A stretch of DNA of 64,000 nucleotides from Phototrophicaceae bacterium (GCA_965200325.1 OZ241335.1:2845135-2909134); one strand, 5' to 3'; counted from the first letter of the stretch, positions 34,091 to 43,611 are shown. Program-made: numbers and translations. The notes: generated by a model from the letters alone, not told the origin.

Positions 34091-34723
34091 ATGGCAGAAT
34101 TGACCGCGAATCAGCTAGCGACAGTCGCCGACGAGCACAGCCACATCAGCGAAGAAGAGCATAACAACAATATGAAGCTCGGCGTCTGGTTGTACCTGGC
34201 TTCCGAGATTGTGATTTTTTCGATAATGATTGTCGGCTATGTGCTTTTGCGCATCAACGAGCCGGCGGTGGTGGCGCAGGCGCACGACCAGCTCGGCGTC
34301 GGGCTGGTTACCGCTAACACTTTTGTGCTGCTGGCCAGCAGCTATTTTATGGTGATGGGCTTGCGCGCGATGCAGCAAGGCAATCGCCAGGGCATGCTGC
34401 GCTGGATTGGGGCGACGGCCTTGGGCGGCACGGTCTTCCTCATCGGGCAGTACATTGAATATAGCGAGCTGGCGCATCTGGGCATCGTGCTGGGCTTCGA
34501 CACGGCTTCGGAATGGAGTACGCTAGGCATGCGCTTTTATGCCCCGACTTTCTTCCATGGCGCCCATGTTTTTGTCGGCGTGATTTGGGCGTTGGAAGTG
34601 CTGCGGCGCGGCGCCAAAGGCCGCTACGACCATAACCCCATCGGCATCGAGATGTTTGGTTTATATTGGCATTTTGTCGATGTCGTCTGGATTATGCTGT
34701 TCACTTTGATTTACCTCGTTTAG
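34091..34723 (+). CDS. ctaE: Cytochrome c oxidase subunit III
   Basis: 210 aa. FFHGAHVFVGVIW and YWHFVDVVWIMLF motifs are typical of subunit III. Confidence 0.8.
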   Translation: MAELTANQLATVADEHSHISEEEHNNNMKLGVWLYLASEIVIFSIMIVGYVLLRINEPAVVAQAHDQLGVGLVTANTFVLLASSYFMVMGLRAMQQGNRQGMLRWIGATALGGTVFLIGQYIEYSELAHLGIVLGFDTASEWSTLGMRFYAPTFFHGAHVFVGVIWALEVLRRGAKGRYDHNPIGIEMFGLYWHFVDVVWIMLFTLIYLV

Positions 34724-34732
34724 GAGGGCAAA

Positions 34733-35113
34733 ATGGCTGAAACAAGCTCGCATGACAACGGGCATCATAGCAATACGGTGCGCCTGCGCGGGCGCGAAAT
34801 CACCGTCGAAGGCGGCATCTACACCGTGGTCTTCATCGGCTTGGCGGTGCTGACCGTGATTGAGGTGCTGAGCGCGGAAGGGCTCAAAGCTGCGATTCAC
34901 GATCTGCCCAGCGCCGCCGCCGGCCTGCAAGCCATCAAAGCCTTTGTGCTGCTCGTCATCGCAATTATCAAATCCAGCTTGGTCATCTGGTTTTATATGC
35001 ACCTGCGCGATGAAAAGCCCATCCTGGCGGTGGTGCTTTTGCTGCCGCTCCTAATCGCCAGCTTGTCGATTCTCTATCTGCTGGCAATCCCGCCCAGCGG
35101 TTACGGTCTATAG
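34733..35113 (+). CDS. ctaF: Cytochrome c oxidase subunit IV (bacterial caa3-type small subunit)
   Basis: 126 aa, 3 TM, last gene of the cox cluster. Assignment by position and size. Confidence 0.55.
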   Translation: MAETSSHDNGHHSNTVRLRGREITVEGGIYTVVFIGLAVLTVIEVLSAEGLKAAIHDLPSAAAGLQAIKAFVLLVIAIIKSSLVIWFYMHLRDEKPILAVVLLLPLLIASLSILYLLAIPPSGYGL

Positions 35114-35124
35114 AGGAGGCGATT

Positions 35125-35550
35125 ATGCCCGTCAAGATTAGCCTAGGGGCCGGCTTTCAGACGACTGTGACAGTGCGGCAACATGAATGGCATGGGGATG
35201 AACCGCTGGAAGATGGCGGCACGGACAACGCGCCGACGCCGGGCGAAATGATGCTCGGCGCGCTCGGCTCTTGCATGGCGATTACCTGCAAGATGTACGC
35301 CGAACGCAAAGGCTGGGACCTACAAAGCGTCGAAGTCCTGCTGGATTATGAGCGCTTCCGCGGCGCGGCTTACCCGGCGCATGCCGGCGACTCGCTCTAT
35401 GTGCATGAGGTGCGGGAGGCGCTGGTCTTCGAGGGCAATCTCGATGACAAGCAAAGGCGGCGGCTGCGCGATATCGCCAGCAAATGCCCTATCCATCGCT
35501 TGCTGGCCACGCCGACTTATTTTGTCGATTTGGCGCTGGCGGAAGAATAA
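35125..35550 (+). CDS. OsmC/Ohr family peroxiredoxin-like protein
   Basis: 141 aa with GGTDNAPTPGEMMLGALGSCMAIT and CPIHRLL (the two conserved Cys). Confidence 0.75.
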   Translation: MPVKISLGAGFQTTVTVRQHEWHGDEPLEDGGTDNAPTPGEMMLGALGSCMAITCKMYAERKGWDLQSVEVLLDYERFRGAAYPAHAGDSLYVHEVREALVFEGNLDDKQRRRLRDIASKCPIHRLLATPTYFVDLALAEE

Positions 35551-35555
35551 CGCGC

Positions 35556-36086
35556 TCAGCGGCGGTGGGCGCGGATCCAGCCGTTGCGGATGAATTCCGA
35601 ATGCTCCACCGTCACAAAAACATCTTCTTTAATGCCATGCACAATGCGCAGCACATCGGTTAGGTCGCGGCGGTGGGTGATGATGTGCAATTCTTCCACT
35701 TCGCCATGCGCGCCCTCACCTATAATCTCGGTTACGCCATGCCCCGCCGCCCGCAAAGCCAAAGCCATTGCATGCGAAATTTCGCGGGAAGCGATAACCG
35801 TCACGCTTTCGTAGGCTCTGACAAAGCGATTCTCCACTTGCATGCCAACAAAGCCGCCGACGGCGAAACCTAAGACATAAGCCGCCAGCTTAGGCAGGTT
35901 CTCTAAATCGGTGATGACCTGCCCGGCGGTGTAGGCGAAGAGCAGCGACTCCAAAGCGGCTAAAGCAAAGCCCCAAGCCCGCCGCCCGCGAGAGACCAGA
36001 ATCAAGCGCAAGGTGCCGATGACATTGTTGCTCACGCGCAGCACAAAAATCAAAATAGGAATGTATTGGGGTTCGAGCAATATCAT
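35556..36086 (-). CDS. UPF0316 / DUF2179-containing membrane protein
   Basis: 176 aa. Three N-terminal TM helices plus a C-terminal DUF2179-like soluble domain. Resembles the Bacillus YebE-type UPF0316 family. Confidence 0.6.
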   Translation of the reverse strand: MILLEPQYIPILIFVLRVSNNVIGTLRLILVSRGRRAWGFALAALESLLFAYTAGQVITDLENLPKLAAYVLGFAVGGFVGMQVENRFVRAYESVTVIASREISHAMALALRAAGHGVTEIIGEGAHGEVEELHIITHRRDLTDVLRIVHGIKEDVFVTVEHSEFIRNGWIRAHRR

Positions 36087-36300
36087 AGCCAGCCTCGTAA
36101 TCGTTATCCCTGCGCTTCGATTCTAGCAGAAATGTATGGTCTTTATGAACCACAAAGAACACAAAGCCGCCTCATTTCTTTTAGTTCTAATACACACTTG
36201 GACTTTTACTCAGTTAGCCAAGACAGAGACGCTTACCCTACTCAAAAGCGGGCTGATGTGGTCAACTGGCTCCATAAAATAATCGCTCAAAGGTAGGAAG

Positions 36301-37146
36301 ATGCCGCTCAGCCCTAAGGCGCTGCTCGATAGTTACAATGTGCTGCCCAAAAAGAGCTTGGGGCAGAACTTCATGCACGACCCTCAAGCGCTGGGCAAAA
36401 TTGTCGCTGCCGCCGAGTTGACTGGCGCTGAGACAGTCGTAGAAGTCGGCAGCGGCACCGGCGCGCTCACAGACTTGCTGGCGGCAAGCGCCGGGCAAGT
36501 CTATTCGATTGAACTTGATCAGCGTTTACAGCCCCTGCTCGAAGAGCGCTTTGAAGAAAGCGCCAATGTCTACCTCGTCTTCAGTGATATTCTCAAGACG
36601 GACATCGACAGCCTGCTGGGCCGGCAGGAGTATGTCGTGGTGGCAAACGCGCCCTATTATATCAGCAGCGCGATACTCTGGCATTTTTTTGAAGCGCGCC
36701 AGCCGCCGCAGCGCCTGGTATTGACGATGCAATACGAAGTGGCAGAGCGCATCATCGGCAAGACAGGCGCGCTGAACCTGCTGGCGGTGGCGGCGCAATT
36801 TTATGGCATCCCGCGCATCATCAGCAAGTTCAGCCCAGCCGTCTTTTGGCCCCGCCCGAAGATTCACAGTGCCGTCTTGCGCATCGACCGGCATACCGCG
36901 CGGCCAGTCGCTGTGCCATCGACCGAATTGTTCTTCCGCGTGGCGCGGGCGGGCTTTAGCATGAAGCGCAAGCAGCTCAAGAATGCGCTGGCCGGGGGCT
37001 TGCGCATCAAAGCGGCGGCGGCTAGAAACCTGCTCGAAGCCGCCGCCATCGACCCGCAGCGCCGCGCCGAGACCTTGACGCTGGCAGAATGGGCGCGTTT
37101 GACCGACATTTTCGCCGCTAGCCAGCCGGGCGAGCCTGAATTCTAA
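36301..37146 (+). CDS. rsmA: 16S rRNA (adenine1518/1519-N6)-dimethyltransferase
   Basis: 281 aa with LGQNFM and EVGSGTGALT motifs. Confidence 0.9.
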   Translation: MPLSPKALLDSYNVLPKKSLGQNFMHDPQALGKIVAAAELTGAETVVEVGSGTGALTDLLAASAGQVYSIELDQRLQPLLEERFEESANVYLVFSDILKTDIDSLLGRQEYVVVANAPYYISSAILWHFFEARQPPQRLVLTMQYEVAERIIGKTGALNLLAVAAQFYGIPRIISKFSPAVFWPRPKIHSAVLRIDRHTARPVAVPSTELFFRVARAGFSMKRKQLKNALAGGLRIKAAAARNLLEAAAIDPQRRAETLTLAEWARLTDIFAASQPGEPEF

Positions 37147-37233
37147 CGCACGCTTTATACCCCCGTAAAACATCGGCAAGATTTAGCCAGCATACTTAAA
37201 AGCAAGAGCAGGCAATAGTAAAAAGGAAAAATC

Positions 37234-37770
37234 ATGAGCCAAGAAATCGCAACTTTAGGCGGCGGCTGCTTTTGGTGCGTTGAGGCGGTCTACAACCAGT
37301 TAAGCGGCGTGCAATCGGCAATCTCGGGCTATATGGGCGGGCATATCGCTAACCCGACCTATGAGCAAGTCTGTAGCAAGAGGACCGGGCATGCCGAAGT
37401 GGTCAATGTTAGTTTTGACAACACAGTCATCAGCTATGAAGATATTCTGAATATCTTCTTCACGATTCACGACCCGACGACATTGAATCGGCAGGGCAAT
37501 GACCGCGGTCCGCAGTATCGTTCGGGCATTTGGCATCACACTGACGAGCAGAAGCGCATCGCCGAAGCGACCATCAAGCGGCTGGAAGCGGCCGGTTTAT
37601 ACCGCAATAAATTCGTGACGGAGGTAAGCCAAGCCAGCACCTTTTGGGTGGCTGAGGATTATCACCAGAATTATTTTGTCAACAATCCCTACGCGGGTTA
37701 TTGCGCTTATGTCATCGCGCCCAAGGTCGCCAAGTTCCGCAAGCAGTATTTTGAGCGGCTGAAGCGCTAG
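37234..37770 (+). CDS. msrA: Peptide-methionine (S)-S-oxide reductase
   Basis: 178 aa with GGGCFWC active-site motif. Confidence 0.9.
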   Translation: MSQEIATLGGGCFWCVEAVYNQLSGVQSAISGYMGGHIANPTYEQVCSKRTGHAEVVNVSFDNTVISYEDILNIFFTIHDPTTLNRQGNDRGPQYRSGIWHHTDEQKRIAEATIKRLEAAGLYRNKFVTEVSQASTFWVAEDYHQNYFVNNPYAGYCAYVIAPKVAKFRKQYFERLKR

Positions 37771-38453
37771 TTGATGCTATCGACGCGCACGCCAGGCCCC
37801 ATCGTCGAGGTCAAAGTAACGCGGCGGATGTAAGGGCCTTTTTGCGCGTCGGGTTTGACGTTGCGTACCGCAGCCAGCACCACTTCCAGATTGCCTAGCA
37901 ACTGCTCTTGCGAGAAGCTGGCTTTGCCGACGGGCAGATGCAGATTGCCGGTGCGGTCATTGCGGAATTCGACGCGCCCGGCTTTCAATTCGCCGATGAC
38001 GCGCGGAATATCGTCAGGCTGCACGACTGTGCCAGCTTTGGGGTTTGGCATCAAACCGCGCGGGCCCAGGATGCGAGCAATCTGCCCCACCTTGCGCATC
38101 ATTGGCGGTATGGCGATGGTCGCGTCAAATTCTAGCCAGCCTTCGTTGCGAATCTTGCCGATGACCTCATCCGTGCCGATGATGTCGGCGCCGGCGGCCA
38201 GGGTCGCTTCTTCATGCTGCGCATCGACAAAGGCTAAAATGCGCACCGAGCGCCCGGTGCCATGGGGCAGCATGACCGTCGTGCGCACCTGCTGATCGCT
38301 ATGGCGCGGGTCGATGCCGAGGCGGAAATGTATTTCTATCGTCTCGTCAAACTTCGCGGTGGCATTGTTCTTGACGATAGTTAAGGCTTCTTCCAGCGGA
38401 TAATTCTTCTGCTTGTCGTAGCTTTGCCGCGCGTTTTTATATCGCTTTCCCAT
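37767..38453 (-). CDS. rplA: 50S ribosomal protein L1
   Basis: Start trimmed to ATG 38453 (MGKRYKNARQSYD). Typical L1 sequence. Its 3' end overlaps the msrA stop by 4 nt (convergent). Confidence 0.9.
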   Translation of the reverse strand: MGKRYKNARQSYDKQKNYPLEEALTIVKNNATAKFDETIEIHFRLGIDPRHSDQQVRTTVMLPHGTGRSVRILAFVDAQHEEATLAAGADIIGTDEVIGKIRNEGWLEFDATIAIPPMMRKVGQIARILGPRGLMPNPKAGTVVQPDDIPRVIGELKAGRVEFRNDRTGNLHLPVGKASFSQEQLLGNLEVVLAAVRNVKPDAQKGPYIRRVTLTSTMGPGVRVDSIN

Positions 38454-38503
38454 TTTCTCTCCTCGTGGTGAACGGGCGCAGGGCCCTCCCACAATTTCTA
38501 GCG

Positions 38504-38929
38504 TTAATCAGTGATTTTGACGCCCATCTGGCGGGCGGTGCCTTCGACTTGGCGCATCGCGCCTTCAATATCGATGGCGTTCATGTCTTTCATTTTGACT
38601 TGGGCGATTTCCCGCACTTGGTCGCGCTTTAAGACGGCGGCCGTTTCGGTGGCTGGGTTAGAGGCGGCTTTGGCGATGCCGGCCGCTTTTTTGATTAAGA
38701 AAGCAGTCGGCGGGCTTTTCAAGATAAATTTGAAAGAGCCATCGCTGAAGACGGTGATTTCCGCCGGCACAATCTCGCCCATGCGGCTGGAAGTGCGGCC
38801 ATTGTATTCTTTGCAGAACTGCATCAGGTTGATGCCGTGCTGGGCTAAAGCCGGCCCAATCGGCGGCGCCGGGTTTGCCTTGCCCGCCGGGATTTGCAAT
38901 TTGACCATTGCCTTAATTTTCTTTGCCAT
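38504..38929 (-). CDS. rplK: 50S ribosomal protein L11
   Basis: 141 aa: [34 protein letters not shown], a canonical L11 N-terminus. Confidence 0.95.
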   Translation of the reverse strand: MAKKIKAMVKLQIPAGKANPAPPIGPALAQHGINLMQFCKEYNGRTSSRMGEIVPAEITVFSDGSFKFILKSPPTAFLIKKAAGIAKAASNPATETAAVLKRDQVREIAQVKMKDMNAIDIEGAMRQVEGTARQMGVKITD

Positions 38930-38966
38930 TTCTGTCCTCGCTCAATATCAAGCTCATACGAGCGCG

Positions 38967-39623
38967 CTACATGCGCTCCACTTCCATAAAGCTGAGCACG
39001 ACGGCGGTTTCGCGCCCGAAGAAATCCACCATCACGCGCACTTTTTCCCGCCCAGAATCGAGGGAAGCGACGGTGCCGGGAAAATCGTTGAAAGGGCCGC
39101 CGACGATGCGCACGCGCTCGCCAATCTTGTAATCGACCTTGACCACCTTGTCTTCAGAATCCATGCGGTCCATGATGCGCTTGACTTCTTCTGAGCGCAG
39201 GGGCGTGGGGTCGTTGCCGCTGCCGACGAAGCCGGTAACGCCGGGCGTATTGCGCACGACATACCAAGAATCTTCGTCCAGCTTCATTTGTATCATCACA
39301 TAGCCGGGGAAGACGCGCCTTTCGACGGTGCGACGCTTGCCGTCTTTGACTTCGATTTCGTCTTCGGTGGGGATGATGACATCATAGATTTTATCTTGCA
39401 TGCTCATAGTTTCGATGCGCTGGCGCAGGGCATACTCGACTTTCTTTTCATAACCCGAGTAGCAGTGGACGAAGTACCAGAGCCGTTCTGGGTCTTCAAT
39501 TTCGGCTTCAGCCTCGTCGAGAGAGATATTCAAGCCAGCGACATCGTCCTCCGCCTCATCGAGGTAGACAGGCGCCGGGTCATAATCGGTGAATTGCTGT
39601 TGGGTCTTCGCTTGTTCGCTCAT
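38967..39623 (-). CDS. nusG: Transcription termination/antitermination factor NusG (with ~45-aa acidic N-terminal extension)
   Basis: 218 aa. NGN domain (WYFVHCYSGYEKKV) and KOW motif (GERVRIVGGPFNDFPGTV). Confidence 0.9.
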   Translation of the reverse strand: MSEQAKTQQQFTDYDPAPVYLDEAEDDVAGLNISLDEAEAEIEDPERLWYFVHCYSGYEKKVEYALRQRIETMSMQDKIYDVIIPTEDEIEVKDGKRRTVERRVFPGYVMIQMKLDEDSWYVVRNTPGVTGFVGSGNDPTPLRSEEVKRIMDRMDSEDKVVKVDYKIGERVRIVGGPFNDFPGTVASLDSGREKVRVMVDFFGRETAVVLSFMEVERM

Positions 39624-39643
39624 CAGAATTTTCGTCTAACTGG

Positions 39644-40048
39644 CTAAATAGAGCCGCGGCGGATCATATAAAAAGCGCCAGCCAGCATAGCCGCGATGAC
39701 CGCCAGCAGCATCCAGGCATTGCCCGGATTTAAGCCGAGACGCATAAATTCCGACCAAACCACCGCCAGCAGCCCCAAAAAAATAGCCGAAGCAATCGTT
39801 ACATTGATGCAAAGGATGGTCAAGCGGCGGGTATCTTCGCGGCTGGGCCAAGCGACTTTGTTCATTTCCGAGCGCACATTGACGAAGTAATCGACCGTCC
39901 TATAGAGCGGGCGCGTCACGGCATTGCCTTGCGGCTCGCTCTGGCTGGTTTTGACTTTGCGGCGGGCGCGCCTGCCTGGCGTCGCCTTGCCTTTTTTTTG
40001 CGTTACCGCGCCTTGACCCTGCTGTTCCCGTGCTTCTTCTGCCGCCAT
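39644..40048 (-). CDS. secE: Preprotein translocase subunit SecE (long basic N-terminal extension)
   Basis: 134 aa. Core FVNVRSEMNKVAWPSREDT followed by TM helices. Conserved position between tRNA-Trp and nusG. Confidence 0.8.
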   Translation of the reverse strand: MAAEEAREQQGQGAVTQKKGKATPGRRARRKVKTSQSEPQGNAVTRPLYRTVDYFVNVRSEMNKVAWPSREDTRRLTILCINVTIASAIFLGLLAVVWSEFMRLGLNPGNAWMLLAVIAAMLAGAFYMIRRGSI

Positions 40049-40135
40049 TGCAAATGCTCCTCATCTTCATTGCGGCTCGGCCGCCGAGCCTGATAGATAA
40101 ACACCGCCACAGAGGACGGTGTTCATCGGCTTATA

Positions 40136-40208
40136 CAGGGGCAGAAAGACTCGAACTCTCGACCTACGGTTTTGGAGACCGTCGCTCTACCAACTGAGCT
40201 ATACCCCT
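40136..40208 (-). tRNA. tRNA-Trp (anticodon CCA)
   Basis: Minus strand AGGGGTATAGCTCAGTTGGTAGAGCGACGGTCTCCAAAACCGTAGGTCGAGAGTTCGAGTCTTTCTGCCCCTG folds as a cloverleaf. Anticodon loop CU-CCA-AA. 73 nt, no encoded CCA. Confidence 0.9.
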
Positions 40209-40259
40209 ATGCTATCCGCGCGTCCTGCCAGCTATTATACACCAATACGCGGTGTAAAT

Positions 40260-40421
40260 CTACTTGGTTTCGCGGTAGATGACATGTCGGCGCAAATAAG
40301 GATCAAACTTGCGCAGTTCGAGGCGGCCTTGGGTATTGCGGCGGTTCTTTTCGGTGATGTACATGTGTCCGCTTTCCGTGCTGCGCATTCTGACGACGAT
40401 GCGCTGTCCTCTTTTTGCCAT
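40260..40421 (-). CDS. rpmG: 50S ribosomal protein L33
   Basis: Own translation (53 aa, below the track cutoff): [65 protein letters not shown]. Confidence 0.9.
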   Translation of the reverse strand: MAKRGQRIVVRMRSTESGHMYITEKNRRNTQGRLELRKFDPYLRRHVIYRETK

Positions 40422-40456
40422 TTTCCTTCACCTCTCGCCCTTCCCAGTCGGACGAT

Positions 40457-40579
40457 TTAAATTTTGCAAGTTCTATGCCTTCGTTTCAACCCCACCCTAA
40501 GTCCGCAAACGCGCCCATAGTTTTGGCGATTTTATCCCCTGCCCAAAGCTTTGGGGAGAGGCGGGGGTGGGGTTGAAAA
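40457..40579. repeat. MITE/REP-like element, copy G (short; lies between tRNA-Thr and rpmG)
   Basis: TTAAATTTTGCAAGTTCTATGCCTTCGTTTCAACCCCACC ... CCCCTGCCCAAAGCTTTGGGGAGAGGCGGGGGTGGGGTTGAAAA. Confidence 0.75.
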
Positions 40580-40593
40580 CCGCGCCTGACAAG

Positions 40594-40665
40594 AGCCTCC
40601 GATGAGATTTGAACTCATGACCTCGCCCTTACCAAGGGAGCGCTCTACCCCTGAGCTACGGAGGC
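40594..40665 (-). tRNA. tRNA-Thr (anticodon GGU)
   Basis: Minus strand GCCTCCGTAGCTCAGGGGTAGAGCGCTCCCTTGGTAAGGGCGAGGTCATGAGTTCAAATCTCATCGGAGGCT. Anticodon loop UU-GGU-AA. One U:C mismatch in the anticodon stem. Confidence 0.85.
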
Positions 40666-40673
40666 AATAAAAG

Positions 40674-40756
40674 TGGGCCGGACTGGATTCGAACCAGTGT
40701 AGGCTCTCGCCAGCGAATTTACAGTCCGCCCCCTTTAGCCACTCGGGCACCGACCC
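40674..40756 (-). tRNA. tRNA-Tyr (anticodon GUA), long variable arm
   Basis: Minus strand GGGTCGGTGCCCGAGTGGCTAAAGGGGGCGGACTGTAAATTCGCTGGCGAGAGCCTACACTGGTTCGAATCCAGTCCGGCCCA. Anticodon loop CU-GUA-AA. Ends accurate to about +/-1 nt. Confidence 0.85.
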
Positions 40757-40779
40757 CTCTTATTTGGCTGTTAAGCCAG

Positions 40780-40852
40780 AGCCACCACTGGGACTCGAAC
40801 CCAGAACAACCTGTTTACAAAACAGGTGCTCTGCCAATTGAGCTATGGTGGC
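40780..40852 (-). tRNA. tRNA-Thr (anticodon UGU)
   Basis: Minus strand GCCACCATAGCTCAATTGGCAGAGCACCTGTTTTGTAAACAGGTTGTTCTGGGTTCGAGTCCCAGTGGTGGCT. Anticodon loop UU-UGU-AA. Confidence 0.9.
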
Positions 40853-40925
40853 GGTAGGCAGAGCATAATACTATAGGCGGGCAGCGCCCGCAAGGTTCGT
40901 TTTCCCGCGATTAGCAACGGGCGCC

Positions 40926-40954
40926 ATTGTAGTACAGCGGAAAAGCGCTGTCAA
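40926..40954 (-). promoter_or_regulatory. Sigma-70-type promoter of the tRNA-Thr/Tyr/Thr (-rpmG-secE-nusG) transcription unit
   Basis: On the minus strand, TTGACA (40954-40949), 17 nt spacer, TACAAT (40931-40926), about 70 nt upstream of tRNA-Thr(UGU). Confidence 0.55.
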
Positions 40955-40983
40955 GATAGCGTATCAGGAAAATCTGCGGATTT

Positions 40984-41727
40984 CTAGCCAATCTGATGCG
41001 GCTGGATGATGCCGTCGGGCTTGCCTTTGCGGATAGCCAGCTTGACCTCGCCAATCGCTTTGGTAACTTCGATGTCCCGCGGGCAAGCGGGCGTGCAGTT
41101 AAAAATCGTGCGGCAGCGCCAAACTCCATTTGGTTCGCCGAGACTGGCCAGCCGCTCTTGGCTAGCTTGGTCGCGGGTGTCAAAGACAAAGCGATGCGCC
41201 TGCACGATGGCGGCCGGACCAACATACTGCTCATTCGCCCAAAAGCTGGGGCAAGCGGTCGTGCAGCAGGCGCAGAGGATGCACTTCGTGCTGTCGTCAA
41301 AAAGCTCGCGGTCAGCTTGAGTCTGCAAGCGTTCGCGGCCATCGGCCGGCAGCGGACTGTCATTGACGAAGTAGGGCATGACCTGTTTGTAATGGTCGAA
41401 AAAAGGCTCCATATCGACGATGAGGTCTTTGATGACCGGCAAGCCCAAAATCGGCTCCACTTGAATGCGCTCGCCGACATCGCGCACGAGAATCTTGCAA
41501 GCCAGGCGGTTGAGACCATTGATGCGCATGGCATCCGAGCCGCAGACGCCATGCGCGCAAGAGCGGCGCAAAGACAGCGAGCCATCCTGCTCCCACTTGA
41601 TGCGGTGCAGCATCTCTAGCACGCGGTCGGTCGGGTCCACATTTTCTAGGGTGAACTCCTGCCAATAGGGTTTTTCTTTGCCCGGCAGCTCTGGGTTCTG
41701 CCGTCTGATTCTAAAAGTTACTTCCAT
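40984..41727 (-). CDS. sdhB: Succinate dehydrogenase/fumarate reductase iron-sulfur subunit
   Basis: Start taken at ATG 41727 (MEVTFRIRRQNPE; RBS GAGGCAAGG). Cys clusters CAHGVCGSDAM, CILCACCTTACP and CTPACP. Confidence 0.9.
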   Translation of the reverse strand: MEVTFRIRRQNPELPGKEKPYWQEFTLENVDPTDRVLEMLHRIKWEQDGSLSLRRSCAHGVCGSDAMRINGLNRLACKILVRDVGERIQVEPILGLPVIKDLIVDMEPFFDHYKQVMPYFVNDSPLPADGRERLQTQADRELFDDSTKCILCACCTTACPSFWANEQYVGPAAIVQAHRFVFDTRDQASQERLASLGEPNGVWRCRTIFNCTPACPRDIEVTKAIGEVKLAIRKGKPDGIIQPHQIG

Positions 41728-41766
41728 GATACCTTGCCTCAATCCAAGTGGTTCAAGTGGCGCTGC

Positions 41767-43611
41767 TTAATAGACCCGTTCTTTCGGGCGGAATTTCTGT
41801 TGCTCTTCTGGCACGCCGTCCGCAATCTCCGCCTGCCACAGCGAAAGATCGACTTCTTTATCAAAATTGATGCTGAAAGTCGGCTGCCGCCAGTCGTCGG
41901 TCTGGTGGACGAGGGAATGCGCCAGCCAGTTCTCATCGTCGCGTTTTTGATAATCTTCGCGGCTATGCGCGCCGCGGCTTTCTTTGCGTTCGCTGGCGGC
42001 GCGGGCGGTTACATCCGCCAGGTCGAGCAGGCAGCCAAGTTCCCAGGCTTCCATCAAATCGGTATTAAAAACGCGCGATTTATCGTCTATATGCAGGTCG
42101 GCATAAAAGCGTTCGCGCAATTCAGCCAGGTCGTCGATGCCTTGCTGCAAGGTCTCTTGGGTGCGGAAGACGCCCACATTGTCCATCATTGTCTGCTGCA
42201 TTTTGGCGCGCAGCGCACCCGGGCGCGATTTGCCGCTGCCGTTGCGGATGCGCTCGAACTCGGCTTCGATTTCCGCGCCTGCGTCTTTGGGCAGTGGCGC
42301 CCAGTCCGCGCCGCGGGCGTATTCCGCGACCCGCATACCGCCGCGTCGCCCAAAAACGACCAAATCGACTAGGGAATTGGTGCCGAGTCGATTCGCGCCA
42401 TGCACGCTGACGCAAGCGGTCTCGCCAGCGGCGAACAAGCCGGGCAGCACTGTGCCAGCGGCATCGATGACGACTTCGGCATCAACATTGGTCGGGATGC
42501 CGCCCATAGCATAATGCGCTGTCGGCTGCACCGGCATCGGTTCTTTGACCGGGTCGACGCCCAGGTAGGTGCGGCAAAAATCAAGAATATCGGGCAGTTT
42601 GCGCTCGATATAGCCATGGTCGATAAAGTCTTCTTTCTTGCGCCCTTCTTCAGCGAAATAACGGTTGACCGTCTGCGGCCGCACATCGAGATGCACATAA
42701 CCGCGATTCTTGATGCTGCGGCCGGCGCGGGTCTCGAGGTAGATGGCGCGGCTGACGACATCGCGGCTGGCGAGGTCTTTGGCGCTGGGCGCGTAGCGTT
42801 CCATAAAGCGCTCGCCCTGGCTATTTATCAGCACGCCGCCTTCGCCGCGCACGCCTTCGGTGATGAGAATGCCCATACGGTAGATGCCGGTGGGGTGAAA
42901 TTGGAAGAACTCCATATCTTGCAGCGGCAGGCCGCGGCGCAGGGCAATCGCCGCGCCATCGCCCGTCAGCGCATGGGCATTGCTGGTAACCGACCAGCAG
43001 CGGCCCCAACCGCCTGTAGCAAAAAAGCTGGCTTTGCCGTGAAAGATATGAAATTCGCCGCTGCCTAGCTCGATGGCGACGACGCCGGCCACCGCGCCAT
43101 CGGCGACGATGAGGTCGACGACCTGGAATTCGTCGAAAAAATTGACTTCGTTTTTGATGCACTGCTGATAGAGGGTTTGCAAGATCATGTGGCCCGTGCG
43201 GTCGGCGGCGTGGCAGGCGCGGCGCACCAGTTCTTCGCCGAAGTTGCGCGTATGCCCGCCAAAACGCCGTTGGCTGATGCGCTTGGCCGAAGTGCGGTCA
43301 AAGGGCAGCCCCATGTGTTCCAGTTCGATAACGGCTTCGACGGCGTTCTCGGCGAGGATTTTAGCGGCGGCTTGGTCGGTCAAATAGTCGCCGCCCTTGA
43401 TGGTATCGTAGGTATGGTAGATGGGTTGGTCTTCGTCGAGGTTGCCGAGGGCGGCGCCAATGCCGCCTTGCGCCGCGCCGGTGTGGCTGCGCGTCGGATA
43501 GAGCTTGCTGACCACCGCGACATCGGCGGCGCCTTTGCTGGCATAGAGCGCCGCCATCAAGCCAGCGCCGCCCGCGCCTATAATAATCGCATCGTGTTTA
43601 TGAATTTGCAT
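41767..43611 (-). CDS. sdhA: Succinate dehydrogenase flavoprotein subunit
   Basis: 614 aa. FAD-binding [12 protein letters not shown], the covalent-FAD histidine context [10 protein letters not shown], and HGANRLG. Confidence 0.95.
   Translation of the reverse strand: MQIHKHDAIIIGAGGAGLMAALYASKGAADVAVVSKLYPTRSHTGAAQGGIGAALGNLDEDQPIYHTYDTIKGGDYLTDQAAAKILAENAVEAVIELEHMGLPFDRTSAKRISQRRFGGHTRNFGEELVRRACHAADRTGHMILQTLYQQCIKNEVNFFDEFQVVDLIVADGAVAGVVAIELGSGEFHIFHGKASFFATGGWGRCWSVTSNAHALTGDGAAIALRRGLPLQDMEFFQFHPTGIYRMGILITEGVRGEGGVLINSQGERFMERYAPSAKDLASRDVVSRAIYLETRAGRSIKNRGYVHLDVRPQTVNRYFAEEGRKKEDFIDHGYIERKLPDILDFCRTYLGVDPVKEPMPVQPTAHYAMGGIPTNVDAEVVIDAAGTVLPGLFAAGETACVSVHGANRLGTNSLVDLVVFGRRGGMRVAEYARGADWAPLPKDAGAEIEAEFERIRNGSGKSRPGALRAKMQQTMMDNVGVFRTQETLQQGIDDLAELRERFYADLHIDDKSRVFNTDLMEAWELGCLLDLADVTARAASERKESRGAHSREDYQKRDDENWLAHSLVHQTDDWRQPTFSINFDKEVDLSLWQAEIADGVPEEQQKFRPKERVY

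Noticed and set aside
38454-38503. Possible L1-binding regulatory structure in the rplK-rplA spacer (GGGAGGGCCCTGCGCCC...GAGGAGAG)
   Set aside because: It is only 50 nt and dominated by the RBS. I cannot show resemblance to the 23S L1 stalk by eye. Left as unevaluated rather than claimed.
40532-40750. 72-aa ORF on the minus strand
   Set aside because: It lies entirely over tRNA-Thr(GGU), tRNA-Tyr and repeat copy G.
40119-40860. Integrated element or prophage at the tRNA cluster
   Set aside because: There is no integrase, no direct repeat of a tRNA 3' end, and the flanks are conserved housekeeping genes. Only the 123-bp repeat copy is inserted there.
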